A stretch of 48,243 bases of DNA. Origin: Chiloscyllium plagiosum (Eukaryota). The position numbers and the translations under genes are program-made. This document shows, one piece after another, positions 1 through 10,789 of this stretch (the stretch's first letter is position 1; the number at the start of each line of letters is the position of its first letter). Location: positions 5,173,930 to 5,222,172 of the forward strand of contig NC_057718.1 of assembly GCF_004010195.1 (NCBI RefSeq). Reading direction: 5' to 3'. The notes under the pieces are model-generated. The model was given only the letters and a program-made list of their open reading frames with translations. It was not told the origin of the DNA and did no database searches.

Positions 1-260
1 GACTGTAGAGAGGTTAGGTGCCGGCGCATTGCTGCAAGCGTGGAGCGGAGGATCTTGAAGGAGAATTTTTGCTGGTGTTTTTGAATCTGTAGTCTATACT
101 GTTTGTCCTGTTCGGGTCCGAACTCTGCTGGTTTAAAGGTGGTCCGGAGTCCGTCTGGGATGAGTTGGTTACGGAGGCAGGTACTGAGGAAGCAAATGTG
201 GCTGTAATAGCGGGTTTGTTTCAGGATATGGTTGAAGAGCTTCAGGGCAGAGGAAATGAC
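1..260 (-). mobile_element. Penelope-like element, N-terminal ORF region, runs off the left edge
   Basis: Stop-free minus frame (not in the ORF track, no ATG): VISSALKLFNHILKQTRYYSHICFLSTCLRNQLIPDGLRTTFKPAEF...ILRSTLAAMRRHL. The H-x2-FL-x2-C-x4-LIP-x-GL pattern resembles PLE N-termini. Abrupt junction with CR1 sequence at ~260. Confidence 0.6.
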
Positions 261-1105
261 CAATGAAGGCAAGCATACCATATGCCTTCTTGACCACTCT
301 CTCCACCTGTGCAGCCCCCTTCAGGGTACAATGGACCTGCACTCCCAGATCTCTTTGCCCATCACCTTTTCCCAATACTCTTCCATTTACAGTATAGTTG
401 GTTCTAGAATTAGACTTCCCAAAATGCATCACCTCATATCTGCCTGAATTGAACTCCATCTGCCACTTCTCCGCCCAACTCTCCAGTCTATCTGTATCCT
501 CCTGTATTTTATGACAGTCCCCTATGCTTTCTGCTACTCCACCAATCTTTGTGTCATCTTCAAACTTACTGATCAGACCAATAATGCCCTACTCCAGATC
601 ATTTATGTATATTACAAACAACATTTATGTATATTACAAACATTTATGTATATTACAAACACAGTTCCCTGTGGAACACCACTGGTCACCTTTCTCCATT
701 TCGAGAAACTCCCTTCTACTACTACTCTCGGTCTCCTGTTGCTCAACTAGTTCTTTAACCACCTAGCTAGAACACCATGTGACTTCACTTTCTTCATTAG
801 TTTACCATGGGGAACCTTATCAAATGGCTTACTAAAGTCCATGTATATGACGTCTACAGCCTTTCCTTCATCTATCAACTTGGTCTCTTCCTCAAAGAGC
901 TCTATTAAGTTCATAAGGCATGATCTACCCTGCACAAAACCATGGTACCTTTCACTGATAAGCCCATTCTTTTCCAAATATAAATATATTTTATCCCTCA
1001 CTACCTTCTCCAGAAACTTTCCCACCACTGACATCAGGCTCACTGGTCTGTAGTTACCTGGAATATCCCTACTAACGTTCTTGTACAGAGGGACAACATG
1101 AGCAA
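261..1105 (-). mobile_element. CR1 LINE ORF2 (RT) fragment, decayed
   Basis: ORFs 747-1187(-) PGNYRPVSL...HGFVQGRSCLMNLIE...VDVIYMDFSKPFDKVPH and 169-459(-) MEFNSGRYEVMHFG...DLGVQVH are typical CR1 RT segments. Confidence 0.9.
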
Positions 1106-1922
1106 CATTAAAGATGCATCCCCATTGAGAGTCGCTGTCCAGCAGAGACACTATTGTACCACCACTGGTGGAGGGGTGTAGTGACAATGTGGCATGTTTC
1201 CACGTGTAAATGTGGATGTCAGAATTTACAAATAGGAAATATAAACATTCACAGTAATATTTCTCTTTAAACTAAGGATTGAATAACACCCACACTTAGT
1301 ACTCTGTGAATTCTTTTCCTCTAATGCCACGCCTCTTGGAAAGTATTCGTTAACTACATGCAATATCACAAGCCTGATTGTTCTATAATCAAAATAAATT
1401 GCATTTTAATAACCCTAGTGTCCTCAGAATATTGTAAGACACTCCAGAGCCAATTAAGTTTTTGAATGCAGTCACTGTGGTAATGTTGGGAAGGCTGACA
1501 GCCAATCTGTACCCAGCAAGATTCCACAAAGAACAACGAACTAGTTAATCAGTTTTGGTGGCTTTGCACTTGAGAGAGATCAAGACCAAGACATCTTTGC
1601 TCTGTCCTTCAAGGTATGTTAATGCATCTTTCATCAGAAAAAAAAAGCATATGGGTCCTTGTTGGAGAAGTTAACAACTAACCTGAGAAATTTCAAGTCT
1701 GGTGATGTGGAACTCAGTGTGTTGTCTTCAGTGCAATATCGAAATGCCATCTTAAATCAGCTGCTGGAAGCCACAGCCAGATCATTCTGACTCAGCTTAA
1801 TGAACAAACATTAGATCTGAGTCAGTAACTATTATGTTTCATCATCACACATTATGTAGAATTAAAAGCTAGACTTTGTTTATATCTTTGTAGCTAGGCA
1901 CGAGCCTCCACTCTGTCTTGTA

Positions 1923-2145
1923 GGTAAAAACAATGACTGCAGATGCTGGAAACCAGATTCTGGATTAGTGGTGCTGGAAGAGCACAGCAGTTCAGGCAGC
2001 ATTCGAGGAGCAGTAAAATCGACATTTCAGGCAAAAGCCCTTCATCAGGAATAAAGGATGAAGGGCTTTTGTCCGAAACGTCAACTTCGCTGCTCCTCGG
2101 ATGCTGCCTGAACTGCTGTGCTCTTCCAGCACCACTAATCCAGAA
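1923..2145. mobile_element. Short palindromic PLE-derived element with hammerhead-like core
   Basis: Inverted arms centred near 2050. Minus strand 2021-2048 reads CTGATGA-AGGGC-TTTT-GCCT-GAAA-T-GTC. Perfect 16-bp direct repeat TCCACTCTGTCTTGTA at 1907-1922 and 2146-2161. Confidence 0.8.
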
Positions 2146-2451
2146 TCCACTCTGTCTTGTATTGACTGCACTAACAGTTTATGCTCCTGGTGCTGAGCTT
2201 ATACTACCCCCTGGTGTCAGAAACCTGCATTGCAAAGAGTAGTCAAGCTGCCAATATTGTAATTCTCTCCCCACCAATATCATTTAATCGGACATTGCAT
2301 CAGCAAGTTGCAAACTTTCCCCATATAAGTAGAGCCTTTATGTAAACAATATTTGGCATGGAGTGTTTGATTGGACAGTATGGAGTATTATGTTCCATGA
2401 TGGTCATACTGGGCAAGTCACATCTCAAGAGTGAGACCTGACTTATTATGA

Positions 2452-2580
2452 TGTTCTGAAGAAGAATCACTAGACTCAAAACCTTTAATTGTTTTCTCTC
2501 TACAGAAGATGCCAGACCTGCTGAGTCGCTTCAACAATTTCTGTTTTTGTTTCACATCTCCAGCATCCGCAGCTCTTTGG
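2452..2580 (+). mobile_element. Degenerate PLE terminal fragment
   Basis: CTGAAGAAGAATCACTAGACTCAAAAC followed by GATGCCAGACCTGCTGAG...CTCCAGCATCCGCAG. Similar to the 3' end at 5610-5706 and the copy at ~38255-38350. Confidence 0.55.
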
Positions 2581-4393
2581 TTGATATTATCTTGGTAAAC
2601 TATGTGTTTTATTCACCATTGTGGTCAATCACTGAACAAATTTACAAGAGGCTGCCAATGTACTTTTAACAATGAGCATAAAAAAGTCATTGTCCAATTG
2701 GGGATAAACCATTAACTGTATGAAAGCATACAAAAACTACAAAATTAATTAATTGCAAATATCAGGAGAGATTCAAACATTTGACCCCAACAATAACCTC
2801 AGAGATGCTCAAACTTCAGGAACAGACAGACAAACAAGGGGACAGACAAGGGACAGGAGTAGGCTTTTCAGTCCTTCGAGTCTGGTTTCATTTAATAAAA
2901 CCAGAGCTGATCTGAATTTAACCTCAACTCCACATTCCTGCATATCCTCAATAATCTTTCATCCCTGGGTCATCAAGAATCTACGTTTGCCTTAAAAATA
3001 TTTCAAGATTCTGCATCCACTAAGTTTTCAGGAAGGGAATTATAAAACCTCATAATTCTGAGAGAAATGCTTTTTTTTTGTTGCTCCTCTATTTTAACTG
3101 GGTAACCCCTTGTTTGTAAACTATGAACCCCTAATTCTAGACTTTTCCAAAAGAGGAACATCCTTTCAATATCCACCCAGTGAAGTCCCCTTAGAATTTA
3201 ATTTGTTTCAATTAGGTTGCATCAGACTCTTGCAAACTCCAAAGGATTCAGCTGCTCTCGCCGTACCATGAGATCCACAATCACTGCCACAGGTTGTCAC
3301 CCCTTTTCCAGTCCCGGCCCACTTACATCTGCGATTCCTCTGACACTTTACACCGGTGTCAGAATTTCCAGTTTGTGGGCTCCAGCTGCCTCCCTGTTAG
3401 CATGGACAGGCAATCCCTTTACACGTCTATCCCCCATCAGAATGGTCTCAGGGGTCTCTGCTTCTTCCTGGAACAAAGGCCTGAAATGTCCGCGCCCACC
3501 ACCAGCCACCTCCGCTTGGCTGAGTTTGTCCTCACCCTCAACTTCTCTTTTGATTCCTCTCACTTTCTTCCGGTCAGAGGAGTGGCCACGGATCTCCGCA
3601 TGGGCTCCAGATGTGCCTGTCTTTTTGAGGTGTACGTGGAATATTCTTGTTCCAGTCCTATTCCAGCCCTAACCCACATCCTGTTTACGATCAATGAGTT
3701 ATATCATCACTGCAGTTTCCCACTCTAGCCTGGAATTAGAAAAGTTTATCAATTTCACTTCCAATTTTCACACTGCTGTCATCTTCACCCGGCCCATCTC
3801 TGACTTCTCCCTTCCTCGACATCTATATTTCTATTTCTGGGATAGACTGGCCACTAATATCTACTACAAACCACAGACTTCCAAAGCTATCTGGAGTATA
3901 CATCCTCGCACCCTGCTTCCTGTGAAGACTCTATCCCTTTCTCCCAGTTTCTCTGTCTCCATTGCATCTGTTCTATTGATGCCAACTTCGACAAGGGGGC
4001 TCCGAAATCTCTGCCTTCTTCTTCAACCAAAGATTCCTCAGCACTGTAGTTGACAGGGCCTTCAGCCACATCCGACTGATCTCCTGCACTGCAGCCCTCA
4101 CCAACTCCCTTCCTCCCGCAGCAGCGTTAGGGTCCCCCTTGTCTTCACCTGCCATTCCCACCAGTATTTACATCCAGAGGATCATTAACCACCATTTCCG
4201 CCACCTCCCAACAGAATGCCACCATCAGATAAATAGAGCCCTTCCTTCCCTTGTCAGCCTTCTGCAAGGATCGCACCCCCCAGGACATCCTGGTCCACTC
4301 CTCTTTCATCACCAACATCACCAGCACTATGGCACCTTCCTCTGCAACTGCTGAAGGCGCAACGTCTGCCCATTTACTTTCTCCTTCCTCAGT

Positions 4394-4478
4394 GTGGAGT
4401 TAGTGCCTGAAACGTCGACTCTCCTGCTCTTCTGATGCTGCCTGACCTGCTGTGCTTTTCTAGTACCACACATTTAGA
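4394..4478 (+). mobile_element. Short PLE-terminus insertion (GAAACGTCGA...GATGCTGCCTGACCTGCTG family)
   Basis: Matches the arm of the 39807-40020 element. Flanked by CTCCTTCCTCAGT (4381-4393) and CTCCCTCCTCAGT (4479-4491). Confidence 0.65.
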
Positions 4479-4520
4479 CTCCCTCCTCAGTATCTAAGGG
4501 CCCAAACACACATTCCCAGT

Positions 4521-5055
4521 TGTTTTAAAAAATTCTCAAGGTCAGGTTCGTAGGAGAGTAGTCTGACACAGAACAAACGACCAAGAGGCGAGTCTGCTAG
4601 AATATGAGCATTTTATTCCCCGCAGCGTCGCCACAACCAGGTCTCATACTTACAACGGGTCTGGCTTATACTCACTCTACATGTTACCGGAACTGGGAGC
4701 CGTCAGTTCTCGTAGAGCGGTTGCCAACAACCCACGCTCGGCGGTTAAACGTAACCCCAGAGCAGACTCACCGAACTGGAGACTTTTCCAGCTGATATAC
4801 TCTTTTCCAGATATAAACATTCATGTGAACAGCAGAGCAAGGCTAAAAAACACATTCCATTCTGGTTACATACAGATAAGAAGATTCACACGGGGAGGTG
4901 TGTAATAAGATTCACACGGGACTAAGCAACACCTCCATTCCGGTTAGATTCACACATGTATTGGGACATAATTTTACACCACATTCCACTGCTTGGCCCA
5001 ATACATGTGTTACATTATGATTCACACATGTATTGGGACATAATTTTACACCACA
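4521..5055 (-). mobile_element. Solo LTR (535 bp)
   Basis: TG...CA ends with a 5-bp TSD CCAGT (4516-4520, 5056-5060). Interrupts the PLE. AATAAA on the minus strand at ~4611-4616. Internal ~37-bp duplication at 4947 and 5019. Confidence 0.7.
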
Positions 5056-5720
5056 CCAGTAAATCAGCACTTTCCCTGCACGACTCACAATATTGTCTCC
5101 TCTACATTGGGGTAACGAAGCATAGACTGGGTGACCACTTCACAGAACATCTAAGTTCTGTCTGCAAAAACGACACCGTGCTTCTAGTTGTCTGCCACTT
5201 CAACACACCACCATGTTAACCAGACAACGTTACTGTCTCAGGTTTGCTGAAGTGCTCCAGCGAAACTCAGTGCATGTGAAAGAACAACATCACATTTTCC
5301 ATTTGGGAACTCTACAGCCTTCTGGACTCAACAACAATTTTAGGGTTGGAGGCACCTTCTTCCATGTCCTTACCCAACACACCAGGCCTTGTTATCACAT
5401 GGTCTGCTATTACACACTACCCATTGTTAGCCACTAATTGTCACCATTAGCAACCATTCAATCACCTTTGCTGACCGTTGTCCTTTCCTTTGTCTGTGTG
5501 CAACTGTTCTTCTCTCTTTTTGGGTTCTATCCCCACCTTTTGTTTGCTCCTTACCCCCTCCCCAAACCCTATCTTCTGCATAAAAAACATTTTCCTAGCT
5601 ACCATCAGCTCTGAAGAAGCGTCACTGAACTTGAAACGTTAACACTGGTTTTACTCCACAGATTCTGTCAGACCTGCTGGTATTTTCTAGCACATTTTCT
5701 TTTTGTTCCAAAGGATTCAG

Positions 5721-6430
5721 GCCTAGTTTGTCTAGCCTTTCATAAGGCAATCCACTCATTCCAGATATTAGTCCAGTATACATGAACTGCTGACAATGCA
5801 TTAACTTCCTCCCTAAGTACAGTGACTATTATTGTACACTACTGCAGATATAGTCTCACCAATGCTCTGTATAACTGAAGCATAATCTCCTTACTCTTGC
5901 ATTCAATTCCCCTTGCAATAAACGATAACGTTCCATCAGCTTTCTGGATTATTTTCTGCACCTGCATAGAATCCTTCTGTGACTCAAGCTCCAGGACACC
6001 CAGATTTCTCTGCACATCAGAGCTCTGCAACATCTCACAATTTAGATCAAGTGCTTATTTTCTGCCAAAATTGACAATTTCATGCTTTCCCATTTGCAGA
6101 TCTTTGCCCACTAAATCAATGCATATCCCTTTGTAAGCTCATGTCCTCTTCACAACATACGTCGATTCTCCTGCTCCTTGGATGCTGTCTGACCTGCTGC
6201 GCTTTTCCAGCAACGCATTTTTCAGCTCTGATCTCCAGCATCTGCAGTCCTCACTTTCTCCTTCACAACACACTTTCCTACCTTTGTGTCAACAGCAAAT
6301 TTAGCAGCCAAGCCTTCATTCCCTTAATCTAAATCATTTATATAAAATGTAAAAAAAGAGCACTGGTCCCAATGCACACCACTTGTGATAACCTGCCAGC
6401 CTGAAAGAGACCAATTTATTCCTACTGTCA
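5721..6430 (-). mobile_element. CR1 LINE fragment (continues at ~2850-3251 on the other side of the PLE)
   Basis: ORF 5839-6033(-) DVQRNLGVL...LSFIARGIECKSKEIMLQLYRALVR. Confidence 0.75.
6161..6260 (+). mobile_element. Short PLE-terminus insertion
   Basis: Near-identical to the right arm of 39807-40020. TSD CTTCACAACA(T/C)AC at 6148-6160 and 6261-6273. Confidence 0.7.
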
Positions 6431-6769
6431 GCTTCCTGATTGTCTTAACCTATTCCCATTTCACCACCGTGCCTCTGCCACTCCTTTTATCTGTAGCTCT
6501 CCCGACACCCACCCCGAGTCCTGAAGAAGGTTATACCCAAAATGTTGACTTCTCTACCTCCTGATGCTGCGTGGCTTGCTGTGTTCTTCCAGCCTCCTGC
6601 CTGTCTACTTTAGATTCCAGTGTCTAGAGTTCTGTTTTGTTTCTAATCTTCTCCCTTTGCCAAGGTTACCTTTCTGTTACAGCAGGAGCTTTTAATTTCT
6701 GCAATAACGTTTGATATATTACATTTTGCAAATGTCTTCTCAAAGTTTCAATACAATATAACTGGCTCC

Positions 6770-7115
6770 CTTTCAACCACAAGTTAGTTCTTCAAAGAAC
6801 TGTAATAAAATAAATATTTTCCCTTTGACAAAACCACACTGGCCCGGTCTGATTACCTTGAACTTATCCAAAAGCACTATTATCATTGCCATTAACATTT
6901 TCCCTATGACCAATGTTAAGCTAACTGGCCTGTTACCTGCTTTCTTCCTCTCTCCCTTTTTAAATAAATGAGTTACATTAGTTAATTTGCAAATGAAAGG
7001 AACCTTCCCCAAATCTACTGAATTTTGGATAATTAAAACCACACATCAACAACCTGAACACCTGCTTCTTTTAAGATCCTAGGATGAAACCCATCAGGAC
7101 CCAGGGACTTATCTC
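6770..7115 (-). mobile_element. CR1 LINE RT fragment
   Basis: ORF 6773-7042(-) NVTHLFKKGERKKAGNRPVSLT...QCGFVKGK. Confidence 0.8.
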
Positions 7116-7140
7116 AGTTCTAAAACTTTACTCTGTACCA

Positions 7141-7470
7141 GGGATGGCATGGTGGCTCAGTGGTTAGCACAGCTGCTTCACAGCACCAGGGACCCGCATT
7201 TGATTTCACCCTCAGGTGTGTGGAGTTTGCACATTCTCCCAGTGTCTGTATCGGTTTCCTCTGGGTGCTCTGGTTTCCTCTCACAGTCCCAAAGATGTGC
7301 AAGTTAGGTGGGTTGGCCAAGCTAAATTGCGCATAACGTTCAGGGATGTGTAGGTTCGGTGGAATAAACATAGGAAATGCAGGGTTTTTTTTTGGGGGGG
7401 GGGTTCCCTTCAGAGGGTCAGTATTGACCTGGTGGGCCAAATGGCCTGCTTCCAGACTGTAGAGATTCTG
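7141..7470 (+). mobile_element. tRNA-derived V-SINE (HE1-like)
   Basis: A-box GTGGCTCAGTGGTTAGC followed by V-domain TGTGTGGAGTTTGCACATTCTCCC...GGTTTCCTC. Confidence 0.8.
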
Positions 7471-7806
7471 TGAACAGGATTCCCCAAAGGCTGTGAACAA
7501 TCACTTCAATCGTACTTAACGATTATCACTCTTCTTCACTTTGCTCCTACCAGTTCCCTGATAATTGTAAGTTTCTGGAGCTCCTCCCTCCCCCGAATCC
7601 CTGATTTCCAGAAGATTCTGTTTTTAACCCCGTGTTGTCCCTTTCCTGGAAAACCGTAAATGTTTCAATCGGTGCGGAAACAGCGAATAAATATAATCAG
7701 TTGTTTCCTGAATTTTAAACAAGATTAAATACGGGAGAGGACACAACCTTCGACACCAGGGACTCTGTGAAAACGACCAAAAAACCTCGGAGGTCAAAGA
7801 GACACT

Positions 7807-8035
7807 CCTCCAGTATCCCAACATGCTTCACTATTCTAGCCAATCAGAGCCCAGAACCCACGAGGCGGTCCTCCAGAATCCCAGGGTGCTTTACTACTCC
7901 AGCCAATCAGAACCCGGAGCCCAGCAGATGGTCCTCCAGTATCCCAGGGTGCTTTACTACTCCAGCCAATCAGAACCCGGAGCCCAGCAGATGGTCCTCC
8001 AGAATCCCAGAGTCCTTCATGGTTCCAGCCAATCC
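7807..8035 (+). promoter_or_regulatory. 63-bp tandem promoter array (4 units), each with a ZNF143/Staf-like site and a CCAAT box
   Basis: CCAAT at 7840, 7903, 7966 and 8029 (exact 63-bp period). Each is preceded by ATCCCAnnRTSCTTYA. Lies immediately upstream of the CpG-rich LTV1 first exon. Confidence 0.7.
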
Positions 8036-8040
8036 AAGTT

Positions 8041-8330
8041 AGCAGCGCGGCCGCATGGCGGCCTAGAGAGAGTTTGTTGCTTCTGAGGCTGCTCTCCATT
8101 TCGGAGCTTCGCCCGCGCCTGGGGATCGAGGGTCCGCTCCTGAAGCCGGGTGTTTGGATCGTGGAGGCGGGCGACATCTTCCAGCGACGATGGTGCAGAG
8201 ACTCGGGCTGGAGCTGAATTTTTGTAGCGCCCTTTACCGACCTCCCGGCCCTCTCCGAGGGAGCGCCGCAAGGAGACGCGGCCTCGCGTGCACAGCAAGA
8301 TCCCACTTGGGCCGCCCTGTGCCTGTCCTG
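8041..8330 (+). promoter_or_regulatory. CpG-rich region / LTV1 exon 1 with YY1-like motif
   Basis: Dense CpG compared with the CpG-poor flanks. CATGGCGGC at 8054-8062. Confidence 0.7.
8190..8192 (+). CDS. LTV1: LTV1 coding exon 1 (ATG only)
   Basis: ACG-ATG|gtgcag in the CpG island. Exon 2 starts in phase 0 with PHRKKK and needs an upstream Met. Confidence 0.65.
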
Positions 8331-8767
8331 GGCTGAGGGATAGATACTAGGGATTACTGTGGGATCTCCCCCGTCCTTCACTTTGTACAGTGAGGGCCTT
8401 TCAGCCCACCTGGGACAGTAGACAGTGGCCTAGTCCCACTCTGCCTCATTGAAGGATAGTGCCTGCAGTAGTGTAGCGCCTTGGATCCTGGGCTCACGCC
8501 CTGGAGTGGTACTTGCCTCAAAGGAGGAAGGTTGTGCGGGTCGTGGGTGCTGTGTGTCCAGTAATACCAGAGACTGTTTTGATCTGTGCATGCCAGATCA
8601 TTGGGGATCCATCGAGAGTCTTCCAAACTGTTTCCTCTTCAAGCTTAGATCCAAGGCCTTCTACTTGGTAACTCGAGAATTTCCATGTAGAATATCACCA
8701 CATCCAATTAACTCTGGCCAGTTCCTCCCTCATGTCTTGGTAGTTGTGTTTACTCAGTTGTAATTGT

Positions 8768-9082
8768 GGGGCAGCATGATGGCTCAGTGGTTAGCACCTC
8801 ACAGCACCAGGGTCCCAGGTTCAATTCCAGCATTGGGTGACTGTCTGTGTGGAGTTTGCACATTCTCCCCGTGTCTGCTTGGGTTTCCTCCGGGTGTTCC
8901 GGTTTCCTCCCACAATCCAAAGATGTGCAGGTCAGGTGAATTGGCCATGTTAAAGTGCCCATAGTGTTAGGTGCATTAGTCAGAGGCAATGGGTCTTGGA
9001 GGGTTACTCTTCGGAGGGTCGGTGTGGACTTGTTGGGTCGAAGGGCCTGTTTCCACACTGGGAAATCTAATAAAATAATCTA
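8768..9082 (+). mobile_element. V-SINE (HE1-like)
   Basis: A-box TGGCTCAGTGG, B-box GGTTCAATTCC, V-domain and AATCT-like tail. Confidence 0.85.
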
Positions 9083-9488
9083 ATACCATTACATCTGATT
9101 CCATTACATCTGAAAACTTTAATAATCTCTCCTGAGCTCTCCTCCCCTTTGACCATTTCCATAATTTTCCTTGGATCCTTGGACAAACTGAAATGAAATA
9201 TAATGGGAGCAGATGGTTATGGATCAGAGGTGATCACAAAGACCAGTTAGACTGAATAGCCAGAATCTGTGCTGTGATTTCATGGCATTCTCTGCTGATC
9301 TCCCTTTCCAAGGTCTTGACACTTTTGGCATGGTGTGGCATTATATTTGCTGGGCTTATAAACAGTGAAAAATCAGTCTGTGTGAAGCTGACACACCTGC
9401 AGCTGGAGTTATCCCTCTGATTTCTGAATGAACTGGGATTACTGCTTTATTCCTCTGCTCTAACCCGTTTTTCCGTTTTATTCTTCAG

Positions 9489-9617
9489 CCTCACCGGAAG
9501 AAGAAGCCCTTCATTCAGAAGAAGTCAGCGGTGACCTTTCACTTGGTGCACAGAAGCCAGAAGGACCCACTGGTCGCAGACGAGAACGCCCCACAGAGAG
9601 TTCTACTGCCGGCAGAG
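9489..9617 (+). CDS. LTV1: LTV1 exon 2
   Basis: ttcag|PHRKKKPFIQKKSAVTFHLVHRSQKDPLVADENAPQRVLLPAE, the recognised LTV1 N-terminus. The donor follows 9617 or 9620 (both in frame). Confidence 0.93.
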
Positions 9618-10118
9618 GTGGTTAACTTTGACATATAGTTACAAGTTGTGTGTGAATATGGTAGGGCTCAGCACTGGATGGGACAGCTTCCATGTGAATT
9701 GAATTTACATTTGCCCTTTGTTCTTTGGATCCAGATAGATTTGTAGGAGATAACTGAGCCCCTCAAGTCTGCTCCATCATTGAGATAGATCATTGTTGAT
9801 CTGTGCTTCAACGCCCTTCAGCCATCTTTGTTTCAGAGTGATCATGGGATATGGTTTGTTCACCTGACAAGGCTTGCTTTAACGTTGCCTGTAAGAAACA
9901 ATGTCTGACAGTGCAGCACTCCCTCTGTACTGCACTGAACTGTTAGTCTGCACTATGGGCTCAGACGTCTGGAGTCCTGACTCAAGGTGTGACCCACTGA
10001 GCCACTGTTGGACCTGAGGAGGGGCGCATAGTTCTTATGCCACTTACCTTGTGTTTGATCAGCTCAAGTCAATATAAAATCTGCAGCTGGTATAAAAGTT
10101 TTAACTCCTTTCTTGCAG

Positions 10119-10316
10119 AGAACAGATTTACAAAAGCGTAAAGAAGAGGAAAGGAAATACGGCATCTTCTATGATGATACTTACAACTATCTGCAGCATT
10201 TGAAAGAGGCATCTCCGGTTGCTGAGCTTGTGGTCTCCAGTGTACCCCGGAAGGAGAGCCAAGACACCGTAACCACCGGCGATGGAGACCTGCGGGAGGA
10301 AGTGCAACAGATTCCT
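10119..10316 (+). CDS. LTV1: LTV1 exon 3
   Basis: tgcag|RTDLQKRKEEERKYGIFYDDTYNYLQHLKE...QQIP|gtaagg. Confidence 0.92.
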
Positions 10317-10701
10317 GTAAGGGTCATGTGGGCACAATTATGGGAAATATTGGTCAAGTCTGTGATTTGGAGTTGATGTGAAACAGAAGCAGAAAATATG
10401 CATAGGCAATAGGTTTGGAGGGTGCGGCAAAGAGATGTCAATTCTCTTAATCACCCCCGTCCCCTACTGTGAATACATCTGTGCTTGGTGAAGATTAAAT
10501 TGATGGGTGTAGGATGTCTTGCAGTCATTCTCAGGATCTGGTTGGCACTGATGAGGCGAGCATGTGAGGTGCTTCCCTGATAAGATGATGTTGGGTTATC
10601 TTCAACCAGTGCTGCACTACTACTATCACCACAAAAAATGGATGTTTCTAGACCCTGTTGTTGGAGAGGAGACTGGAAACCTGTGATGTTTTTGATTTCA
10701 G

Positions 10702-10789
10702 GTTCACTCCATTAACCTGCCATCGTCAGTTTTTGCTTCAGAGTTTGAAGAGAAAACTGGATTGCTGAACAAAGCAGCTCCTGTTCGAG
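10702..10789 (+). CDS. LTV1: LTV1 exon 4
   Basis: ttcag|VHSINLPSSVFASEFEEKTGLLNKAAPVR-G|gtaaga. Confidence 0.95.

Larger units (their letters stand above)
3252..5706 (+). mobile_element. Penelope-like retroelement (RT + GIY-YIG), decayed, with nested insertions
   Basis: RT motifs MDRQSLYTSIPH...AEFVLTLNFSFD...GVATDLRMGSRCACLF (ORF 3294-3728). GIY-YIG motif LLYIGVTKHRLGDHFTEH (~5095-5150). Degenerate hammerhead at 5611-5640. Perfect 14-bp TSD TCCAAAGGATTCAG at 3238-3251 and 5707-5720. Confidence 0.85.

Noticed and set aside
601..662. Triple ATTTATGTATATTACAAAC repeat
   Set aside because: Local slippage inside a decayed CR1; no evidence of function.
7141..7215. tRNA genes at SINE heads (also 8768 and 23242)
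   Set aside because: A/B boxes run directly into SINE body sequence, with no complete cloverleaf or terminator.
7767..8381. ORFs with 21-aa repeats over the LTV1 promoter
   Set aside because: By-product of the 63-bp repeat and high GC; open in several frames with no recognisable domain.
10546..10590. Intronic C/D snoRNA or hammerhead (CTGATGA...CTGA) in LTV1 intron 3
   Set aside because: The C-to-D distance is only ~30 nt with no terminal stem, and there is no GAAA after the hairpin.
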